Assembly: GCA_040386535.1 (NCBI GenBank)
Contig: JAZKFH010000027.1
Span: 1 to 44,303, forward strand
Direction of reading: 5' to 3'
Origin: Myxococcota bacterium
GTDB lineage: Bacteria; Myxococcota_A; UBA796; SXON01
Length of the DNA stretch: 44,303 nucleotides
Shown here: positions 27,794-35,323 of the stretch, piece after piece
Position numbering within the stretch: position 1 is the first letter of the stretch
Layout: the number at the start of each line of letters is the position of its first letter
Translations under genes and position numbers: made by a program
The notes under the pieces: model-generated
Told to the model about the DNA's origin: nothing
What the model saw: the letters and a program-made list of their open reading frames with translations, nothing else
The model's database searches: none

Positions 27794-28621
27794 CTACGCT
27801 GCCGTCGCCTCCACCTCCACCCCCCGGATCTGCCAGTAGGTCCGCTGCTGGACGGCCATCAGGTACACCGTCGGGAGCAGGCCGAGCGGCGACAGGAGGA
27901 GGCTGACCGCGGCCTCGGCCCCGGTGTACGCGGGGAGGCCCGCGCCGCCCGCGGGAAGCGTCCCGCCCAGGAGCGCGAGGATCAAGGTGCCCATGCCGCT
28001 CGGAAACACCGCCCAGGAGACGACGGAGAGGATCAGCTGGATGAGCGTCCCCACCGCGAACCCCACGGTCGCGGCGACGGCGATGCGCACGCCGGCTCGC
28101 GTGCGGCCCAGCTCCACCTTGCCGAGGGCGAGGGACCGGCCGAAGGCCTGGAGGCCGTTCGCCTCCTCGTAGGCGGCGACGGTCACGAGCCCGAAGGGCA
28201 CGAGCAGCAGCCCGCCGCCCACGAACCAGAGGTCGATAGCGGTCTGTTCGAAGAAGCCGGCCACCACCCACGCGCCCTGGAGGCGCCAGCTCGCGAGCCG
28301 GCGCAGGCCCGCGCCGAGGGCGGGGGTACGCCCCGCGGTGAGGTCGGCGAGCACGACGAACACCAGCATGTAGGCGGCAAGCTCGAGGATCAGCTTCATC
28401 CCCCACGCTACGGAGAGCACGCTCGCGCTCGCGATGAGCACGTCGAGCAACATCCCGCTGCCGGCCACGGAGAGCAGCTCGGGGAGGAGGGCGCGGAGGG
28501 CCACGTCGGGCAGGGCGGAGAGCATCGCGAGCGCGATGACGATGGGCAGCCAGTGCCGCGCCTCGCGGACGAGGAGCCGCGCGGGGGCGAGGAGGGCGTC
28601 GGCGAGGTCTGGGGCGTGCAT
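27794..28621 (-). CDS. Hypothetical multi-TM membrane protein
   Basis: 275-aa hydrophobic ORF with A..RS..L patterns like GPDPase_memb/DUF7847-type proteins. Confidence 0.7.
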   Translation of the reverse strand: MHAPDLADALLAPARLLVREARHWLPIVIALAMLSALPDVALRALLPELLSVAGSGMLLDVLIASASVLSVAWGMKLILELAAYMLVFVVLADLTAGRTPALGAGLRRLASWRLQGAWVVAGFFEQTAIDLWFVGGGLLLVPFGLVTVAAYEEANGLQAFGRSLALGKVELGRTRAGVRIAVAATVGFAVGTLIQLILSVVSWAVFPSGMGTLILALLGGTLPAGGAGLPAYTGAEAAVSLLLSPLGLLPTVYLMAVQQRTYWQIRGVEVEATAA

Positions 28622-28764
28622 GCACGCGGGCTATCGCGCGGCGGGCCCCTCCACGCTCGCTGGAGGCAGCAGACGCATCCATGCCCGCCGGAGGCAACCC
28701 CGCTCCGCGACGGCCGCGGCTCGGCGCGGTCCGGTCGCCCCCGTTCGGCTCCCGGCTCGCCGCC

Positions 28765-30549
28765 CTACCGGATCTCGAAGCTCGTCACGAACTCCGCGAG
28801 CCCGTCCACGCCGCCGTCTCCGACGAGGCAGGGCGCGGCGAGCACGCCACCGTCCGCCGCGCGCACCCAGCCGACGGGCCCGGGCGAGCTCTGGCCGGTG
28901 TGCACCGACCACGCGAGCGCCGCGGGCAGCTGGATGACGAGCGTGAGGTCGCCCCGCTTGGCGAGGTAGCCGGTGCCCTCGGGCGTGAGGGTCCAGCCCG
29001 GGCCGAGCTGCCACGACAGGCGCACGGCGTGGCGGCCGACGCGCCGGCCGGCCGGCACGAGGCGGTCGGTCACGATCAGGCGCGCCTGGTTGAGCAGCAC
29101 GTCGCGCTCGTGGGTGAGCGGCACGCGCAGGCGCTGCCAGCCGACGTGGCTGCCCTCGATGCGCGCCTTCTTCCCGTCGACCCGGGCCACGCCGAGCGTG
29201 GCGGCGGCGCCGTCGGGGAGGGCGTGGCCGTCGAGCACGAGCCCGTTGTGCGCCTCGGCGGAGCGGAGCCACGCGGCGAGGGAGCCCGCGCCGTCGGAGG
29301 GGCCGGGATCGGCCAGGACGCTGGTGTCGCCCACGTCCCAGAGCAGGTGCAGCGGCGCGACGTGGGTGTCGTGCGTGGCGCGGAGGGGCGCGCCCATGTC
29401 GGCGACCACGCGGCCGGGCCGGTTCTTGATGCGCATGTGCGCCACCGCGAGCCCGCTCTCGCGGAACACCCACATGCTCCAGGTCTTGCCGGCGACCTCG
29501 TGCGCGACGGGTTCGCCCGAGAGGTGCCCGGCATAGGGCGCGAGCCACGCCACGCGCGGATCGTCGGCGGCGTCGGGCGCGGGCGGGCCATCGTCCAGGC
29601 CCCAGGCACGCACGAGGTTCCAGAGGCCCCAGGCGAGGGGGCGGCCGGGGATGTGGAGCAGATCGCCCAGGGGTGCCTCGCCCAGGGCGGGGAGCGTGCC
29701 GAGCTCGCCCGCGAGGCGCTCGAGGAAGCGGGCGCCGCGGACCAGCGCCGCGTCGGCGCCCGTCGGGAACGAGGCGCCGTTGGCACGGGCCACGGCGCGC
29801 GCGACGGCGACGTACCAGAGGGTCTCCGCGAGGCGGAGCGGCGCGTCGTCCTGGGGGGAGCCGTCGGGGTGGAGCACGTCGGGGAGGGCGAAGCGCAAGG
29901 CGGACACGCCCTCGCTCCACGCCTGGCGTGCGCCCGGCACGTCGGGGAACGTGAGGCCGCCGACGATCGCGCCGCAGTGGTGTGCGACGCGGCGCGCGTG
30001 GTCGGCCTCGCCGCGCGGCAGGCGCTCGCGCAGGTGCTCGAGGTGCCAGCGCGCGCTGCCTGCCATCGCATCGCGCAGGTGCGCGGGCACGGCCGGGCCC
30101 AGCCACGCGAGCCCCGCGTGCCAGTGCAGGAGCCGGGCCGCGAGATCGGAGGGGTGGGCCCAGGCGACACCGGTGCCCGGGATGTCCTGCCGCAGCCACC
30201 CGTCCATCGCGGAGATGGCGGCGGCGCCCGCGGCGGTGTCCCCCTGGGAGGCGGCGAACGCCAGCGCCGCGAACCAGCCGTGGCGATGGGCGACGCGCGC
30301 CTCGCGGAACGCGCCGGGTTCGAGGACGAGCCGCGGGCCCGCGGGGAGGGGTTCGCCGGTCGCGGGATCTTCGCCCCAGTCGGGGAGCGGCGGTGGGGCC
30401 TCGGGGCCTCCGTGCCCGGGGGCCCGACGCGTCGGCACGAACGGGCTCGCGCCGAGGCGCGAGGGGAGGGGCTCCGCGGAGCGAACGGCCACCTTGCCGG
30501 CGGGCGGAGACGTGAGCGCGCGGGCGCGCGCGAGGAGCCCCTCCAACAT
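28765..30549 (-). CDS. Heparinase II/III family protein (divergent)
   Basis: DG.....P...G.AW, FRESG, VLADPG, RS..AHN.L..DG, H.R and W.L.P motifs. TGATG overlap with the upstream sigma gene. Confidence 0.75.
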   Translation of the reverse strand: MLEGLLARARALTSPPAGKVAVRSAEPLPSRLGASPFVPTRRAPGHGGPEAPPPLPDWGEDPATGEPLPAGPRLVLEPGAFREARVAHRHGWFAALAFAASQGDTAAGAAAISAMDGWLRQDIPGTGVAWAHPSDLAARLLHWHAGLAWLGPAVPAHLRDAMAGSARWHLEHLRERLPRGEADHARRVAHHCGAIVGGLTFPDVPGARQAWSEGVSALRFALPDVLHPDGSPQDDAPLRLAETLWYVAVARAVARANGASFPTGADAALVRGARFLERLAGELGTLPALGEAPLGDLLHIPGRPLAWGLWNLVRAWGLDDGPPAPDAADDPRVAWLAPYAGHLSGEPVAHEVAGKTWSMWVFRESGLAVAHMRIKNRPGRVVADMGAPLRATHDTHVAPLHLLWDVGDTSVLADPGPSDGAGSLAAWLRSAEAHNGLVLDGHALPDGAAATLGVARVDGKKARIEGSHVGWQRLRVPLTHERDVLLNQARLIVTDRLVPAGRRVGRHAVRLSWQLGPGWTLTPEGTGYLAKRGDLTLVIQLPAALAWSVHTGQSSPGPVGWVRAADGGVLAAPCLVGDGGVDGLAEFVTSFEIR

Positions 30550-31574
30550 CAGGCGTGCTCCGGGATGTCGAACTCGAAGTCGATCTCTTCGCCCAGCTCT
30601 TGCTGGAGGTAGGTCTTGAGGCGGCGCTTGATCCGCACCTCGATCTGCCGGATGCGCTCCTTGCTCACGTCGTAGCGCTCACCGAGGTCGGAGAGGCTGG
30701 CGGGCTCGTTCGCGACGAGGCGCTCGGACCAGATCGCGCGCTCGCGCTCGTCCTCCAGCGTGAGCTCGAAGGCGCGGAGCTTGTCCTGCACCAGCGCGCC
30801 CAGCTGTGACTCGGCCACCCGGTCCTCCGGGCCCGTGGACTCGTTGTCCGGCACGATCTCCGCGAGCGAGCGGCCGTCCTCTCCACCCACCGGCGCGTGC
30901 AGCGACATCGCCGGGGCGCGCATGTGCTGGTCGACCGCGATGACCTCGCTCTCGGGCACCTCGAGGCGCGCGGCGAGCTGCTGCGCGGAGGCCTGGACGC
31001 CCTCCCGCAGCAGGCGCTCACGCTCCTTCTGGAGCTGGAAGAACAGCTTGCGCCCGTTTCTCGTGCTGCCGAGCCGCACCAGGCGGAAGTTGTCCATGAG
31101 GAAGCGGAGGATCATCGCCCGGATCCAGTACTGGGCGTAGCTGGAGAAGCGGATGCCGCGGTACGGGTCGTAGCGGGACAAGGCCTCGACCAGGCCGACG
31201 TTCCCCTCCTGGATGAGGTCGAGCACGTTGGCCCACTGGCGGTGGTACTGGAACGCGATCTTGACCACGAGGCGCAGGTTGGCCGTGACGAGGCGCTCGG
31301 CCGCCGAGGCGTCCCCCGACTCGTAGTAGGCCAACGCCACCTTGCGCTCCTCCTCCGGGTCGAGGAGCGCGTAGCGGCGCACCTCGGAGAGGTAGTAGGC
31401 GAGCAGATCTCCGCCGCGCGAGGCCTCCCCACGCGGAGCCAGCGCGGGCAACTTGGGAATCGGATTGCGCCGGGGATTCCCGAGCGGATCCAGAGGCTCG
31501 CCGCTCGCGTCGAGCAGATCCTCGGGATCTCCCTCTTCGTCCTCGGCTTCGCGACTACCGTCCCGTTCGACCAT
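30549..31574 (-). CDS. rpoH: RNA polymerase sigma factor, sigma-32/RpoH-like
   Basis: Region 2 (NLRLVVKIA, DLIQEGNVGL, RFSSYA.YWIRA), RpoH-box-like GRKLFFQL, region 4 VSKERIRQIE. Confidence 0.88.
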   Translation of the reverse strand: MVERDGSREAEDEEGDPEDLLDASGEPLDPLGNPRRNPIPKLPALAPRGEASRGGDLLAYYLSEVRRYALLDPEEERKVALAYYESGDASAAERLVTANLRLVVKIAFQYHRQWANVLDLIQEGNVGLVEALSRYDPYRGIRFSSYAQYWIRAMILRFLMDNFRLVRLGSTRNGRKLFFQLQKERERLLREGVQASAQQLAARLEVPESEVIAVDQHMRAPAMSLHAPVGGEDGRSLAEIVPDNESTGPEDRVAESQLGALVQDKLRAFELTLEDERERAIWSERLVANEPASLSDLGERYDVSKERIRQIEVRIKRRLKTYLQQELGEEIDFEFDIPEHA

Positions 31575-32394
31575 GCCCAGCTCCTTCGGAAATCAGGGAA
31601 ATCGGGGCCACCCGCCCCAGCGATGCGAGCTCCGCCACGGCGGACGCCTCTCCGGCGATGAAAGCGGCCCCCGTGTCGCGAAAAGGATCGAGCGGCGCCG
31701 GCCCCTGGCCCAGCTGCGGCAAGCGAAGAGCTCGACCTCCAACCGCCTCTATCAGCGCCAGGCCCGCCGCGGTATCCCAGATCGACCACCCCGGCGCGAC
31801 GATCGCGGCGAGCGCGCTCCCGCGCGCCACGAGCGCGAGGTGGGCCGCTGTCCCCCCGAGGCAGCGGGCCTTGCCGACGAACGCGACGTTGAAATATCGG
31901 TGGAAGGCTGACGGCAGGTACAACACGCGAGGGATGGTCTTTGCATCCAGGGGCGGGAGGGCGGTGCCGTTGAACCAGCCCACTCCCCCTTCCACGTAGA
32001 AGTGTTCGCGCAGCCTCGGCAGGTAGATCGCGCCGAAATCCACCCGCTCGTCCGCGCCGTCCCGCACCAGCCGGGCGACCGCCGGCCCCCAGTGCGCGAG
32101 GCCCTCGGTGAACGCGCTGGTGCCATCCAGAGGGTCGACCACCCACCGCGCGTCGGGCCGGCCGGGGATGGCGCCGCGCTCCTCGGAGAGGATGGTGTCC
32201 TCGGGCCAGCCGCGGTGGATGGCCTCGAGCAGCACGGCCTCGGCGGCGAGGTCGGCGTCGGTCAGCCAGGAGCCGTCGGCCTTGCGACGGGGATCGCCGC
32301 CCCCGAAGTGGCGCATGGAAGCCTCCCCGGCCGCTTCGAGGAGCGCGCGCAGGGTGTGACCTCGGGGCGGAAGGGGGGGGGGCCCAGCGTCCAT
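31555..32394 (-). CDS. Inositol monophosphatase family protein
   Basis: T.AD...E, ILSEE, WVVDPLDGT..F and WD.AAG. Start ATG32394 is inferred. Confidence 0.88.
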   Translation of the reverse strand: MDAGPPPLPPRGHTLRALLEAAGEASMRHFGGGDPRRKADGSWLTDADLAAEAVLLEAIHRGWPEDTILSEERGAIPGRPDARWVVDPLDGTSAFTEGLAHWGPAVARLVRDGADERVDFGAIYLPRLREHFYVEGGVGWFNGTALPPLDAKTIPRVLYLPSAFHRYFNVAFVGKARCLGGTAAHLALVARGSALAAIVAPGWSIWDTAAGLALIEAVGGRALRLPQLGQGPAPLDPFRDTGAAFIAGEASAVAELASLGRVAPISLISEGAGHGRTGR

Positions 32395-32703
32395 CGAGGC
32401 ACGAAGTAATCGCGGCGAGGCGCGGTCGCCGCTTCCGGCCCCGATCCTGCACGCAGAGTTCGGGTTCGCGTAGCCGGGCGCGCCGGTCGGATGGGGCCGG
32501 GAACCGCCGCGCGTTCCCTCTCGGAGAGGGGCGGAGGGCGGCGAGCTCGGCGTTCGCCCACCCTTCACCGACCGCGTGCGCGCCCTTCGCGCGGATGTAC
32601 ACGGTACCGCTCCTCGTCGCGCCGCCGCCGCTGCCCGTGGGGGCCTCCTGGGCCCTCGTGCCGCGGCGGACTGTGGTATCTTGTAAGGCTGGAGAAACGG
32701 CGG

Positions 32704-35310
32704 TTGGGAAAATCCACGCTCAAGCTCACCGGTGTCTACGAAGCGTGGTCACGGAACGTCCGGCAGGGGCGTCTCACCCGCGCCAACGGCACCGAGGCCC
32801 CGGTCCTCGTCCGGGTCGACGACGCCGATGCCACCCCCGAGCTCCTCCTCCGGCTCCGTGAGGATGCACGTCTGCTCGGGCGGCTCCAGCACGAGAGCGT
32901 GCTCCGCATCGAGCACATCAGCGCCGTGGGTGGAAAGGTCGGGGTCGTCTACGAAGGGTTCGAGTGCGCCAGCGCCTCGCGCATCCTCCGCGTGCTCCGG
33001 GCCCGGAACCAGGTGCTCCCCGCGCGCGCCGCTGTCGAGGCCGCCGCCGCCGTAGGCCTCGCGCTCGACGAGGCGCTCCGCATCGTCGACGGCGATCGGG
33101 CCGTGCACCACCCCTCGCCCTCCCCGGAGGACGTGCTGGTCGACACCGCCGGCCGCGTGAAGCTCGCGGGCTTCCGCGTGGCCCGCCAGGGGGACACGCC
33201 CGCGCCGCCGCCCAAGGGCTACCTCTCGCCGGAGGGGGGCTCCGCGCCCCCGGCTGCGACCTACCTCGTCGGTGCCCTGCTGGTCGAGCTGCTCTCGGGG
33301 GACAGCCCGCCCGACGCCGCGGCCGAGCCCGAGCGCCACGAGGCGGCCGTGCGCCGCGCGCTCATCCGGGTGCTCGCCCGCCCGGGGGACACCCCCGGCG
33401 AGCCCGTCGTGGCCGCCATCCGGCAGGCCCTCGCGCACGACCCCGCCGTCCGTGGCGGCCCCGGCGCGCTCGGCAAGAAGCTCCGCGAGCTCGCCGTGGC
33501 CCTGCAGAGCCCGGGCCTCCGCGCGTGGGCGCCCGGCTCCATCCCCTCGATCCAGCGCTTCGCGACCCCGACGGCGGACGGGCGCGCGGGCGGCGCGCCG
33601 CTGCCGTTCCCGACCGACGACAGCACGCAGCGCTCGCCCCACGGCTCGTCTTCCCTGGGCGCGCCGCTCGCCGCCGGCCAGACCCTCGCGCCGCTCGATG
33701 CGGAGAGCCTCCTCGATGGCCCCCGCGTCGACGGCCCCCGCGTCGACGGCCCCCGCGTCGACGGCCCCCGCGTCGACCCCGCGCGTCCCGCGGCGTCGCG
33801 CGCGCCGCTCCCCGAAGCGCCGAGCCGCGCCTATGCCTTCGGCGCGGGCACCATCGTACCGCCGTCCGAGCTCTCCGAGGAGATCCTCCGGGCGTCTCCC
33901 CCGCGGCCGTCCGGGCCGGTGGTCTCGCACGGCGCGCCGCCGATCCTGGACAAAGGCGCGCCCGGCCGGCCAGTGGCCGCGCGTGGCCCCGCGAGCCCGA
34001 TGCCATCCCCGACCGCGCAGAACCCGACCGCGCGGACCCCGACCGCGCCGACCTCGTCGCGGGCCGTCCTCCCGAGCACGGGCACCGGATCGATGCCGGT
34101 CCCGAGCGCCGCGGCGAAGGGCGGCATGTCCGACCTCACGCGGCCCGCGCCGTCGTCTTCCCAGCAGTCCTCGCCGCGGCCCTCGGGGCCGACCACCGGC
34201 GCGCCCCGGATCGACGGCGGCCCCCGGGTCGACGGGGGGCCGGCCGTGGGCCGGGTGCAGACCAGCCCCGCGGCGGCGGAGCCGAGCTTCAGCCCGGCTG
34301 CGTCCAGCACGCCGCGGAGTGACGGGCCGGCCGTGGCCGCGCGTCGGCCACCCCCCGGGTCGACCCCCATGGGCCCCATCCTCGACCCCATCTCCGATGG
34401 CGACGAGTCCGAGGCCACCGTGGTCGCCGGCTTCCGCCCGTCGGGCCCCTCGATCCCCGTCGACCTGCTCGCGGATGACCGTCCGATCCGCCCTTCGTCG
34501 CCCTCGCCGGCGATCCGCGCGACCGGCCCCACGGCCAGCGTGTTGGACGACGAGGAGCCCGTTGCCGGCACCGGCCGCCGCCTCCTCCTGCCGATGGTCC
34601 TCGGCCTCGGAGCGCTCGTCGTCACCGCGCTCGTCATCTTGAGCGTCGGCCTGTACGTGATGCGCCCCGGCATCGAAGAGGTCGACCTGCCCGCGCCCAC
34701 CGAGGTCGCGCCGCCCGTCGAGCCCGCACCCGTCGCTCCCCCGCCGGCGGCGCCGCCCGTCGAGCCCGCACCCGTGACACCGCCCCCGGCGGTCGAGCCC
34801 GCGCCGCCCGTCGCCGCGCCGGTCGCGCCGACCCCGACACCCGAGCCGGCGGCCCGCGCCACGCGCCCCCCGTCCTCCACCAGCGCCGCCTCGACCACCG
34901 CTCCTTCGACCCCCGCCCCCAGCACCCGGACGCCCGAGCCCGAGCCCGAGGACGACGCCCCCGTGCGCATCGCCTCTCGCGCGCCCGAGCCCACGCCCGA
35001 GCCGGCCGCCACGGCGACACCCACGCCCACACCGACCCCCACGGCCACGTCCACGCCGCCCGCCGCTCCCGCCGCGGCGGCCGCGTTCTTCCGGGTCGAG
35101 TTCCAGGCCGGCGATCCGTCGATCACCGCCCTCGAGGTCAAGTGCGTCCAGGGCACGGGAACGGGCCTCTCCGTGGTGCTCGACCAGGTGCCGAAGGGCA
35201 ACTGTCGCGTGACCGGACGCGGCGGGGACGCGCCCCTCATCACGATGGTCACCGTCGTGGCCGATCGGAGCTACACCTGCTTCGGTGGCCGCGCTCCTTC
35301 CTGCAAGTAG
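32704..35310 (+). CDS. Membrane-anchored Ser/Thr kinase-fold protein (probable pseudokinase) with Pro-rich linkers and a small 4-Cys C-terminal domain
   Basis: TTG32704 after GGAG. Kinase scaffold: DARLL.RL.H..V, SPEDVL....G.VKL, GYLSPE, YLVGALL.ELL.G. One TM segment at about 34585-34660. Confidence 0.8.
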   Translation: MGKSTLKLTGVYEAWSRNVRQGRLTRANGTEAPVLVRVDDADATPELLLRLREDARLLGRLQHESVLRIEHISAVGGKVGVVYEGFECASASRILRVLRARNQVLPARAAVEAAAAVGLALDEALRIVDGDRAVHHPSPSPEDVLVDTAGRVKLAGFRVARQGDTPAPPPKGYLSPEGGSAPPAATYLVGALLVELLSGDSPPDAAAEPERHEAAVRRALIRVLARPGDTPGEPVVAAIRQALAHDPAVRGGPGALGKKLRELAVALQSPGLRAWAPGSIPSIQRFATPTADGRAGGAPLPFPTDDSTQRSPHGSSSLGAPLAAGQTLAPLDAESLLDGPRVDGPRVDGPRVDGPRVDPARPAASRAPLPEAPSRAYAFGAGTIVPPSELSEEILRASPPRPSGPVVSHGAPPILDKGAPGRPVAARGPASPMPSPTAQNPTARTPTAPTSSRAVLPSTGTGSMPVPSAAAKGGMSDLTRPAPSSSQQSSPRPSGPTTGAPRIDGGPRVDGGPAVGRVQTSPAAAEPSFSPAASSTPRSDGPAVAARRPPPGSTPMGPILDPISDGDESEATVVAGFRPSGPSIPVDLLADDRPIRPSSPSPAIRATGPTASVLDDEEPVAGTGRRLLLPMVLGLGALVVTALVILSVGLYVMRPGIEEVDLPAPTEVAPPVEPAPVAPPPAAPPVEPAPVTPPPAVEPAPPVAAPVAPTPTPEPAARATRPPSSTSAASTTAPSTPAPSTRTPEPEPEDDAPVRIASRAPEPTPEPAATATPTPTPTPTATSTPPAAPAAAAAFFRVEFQAGDPSITALEVKCVQGTGTGLSVVLDQVPKGNCRVTGRGGDAPLITMVTVVADRSYTCFGGRAPSCK
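33715..33777 (+). repeat. 15-bp tandem repeat, 4 copies, encoding (DGPRV)4
   Basis: GAYGGCCCCCGCGTC repeated four times, followed by GAC. Confidence 0.95.
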
Positions 35311-35323
35311 AGGCCGCGCCCGT

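Noticed and set aside
33715..33777. Possible CRISPR array at the short repeats (also the 213-bp repeats at 20020-20790)
   Set aside because: The repeats are contiguous, in-frame and coding, with no unique spacers and no cas genes.
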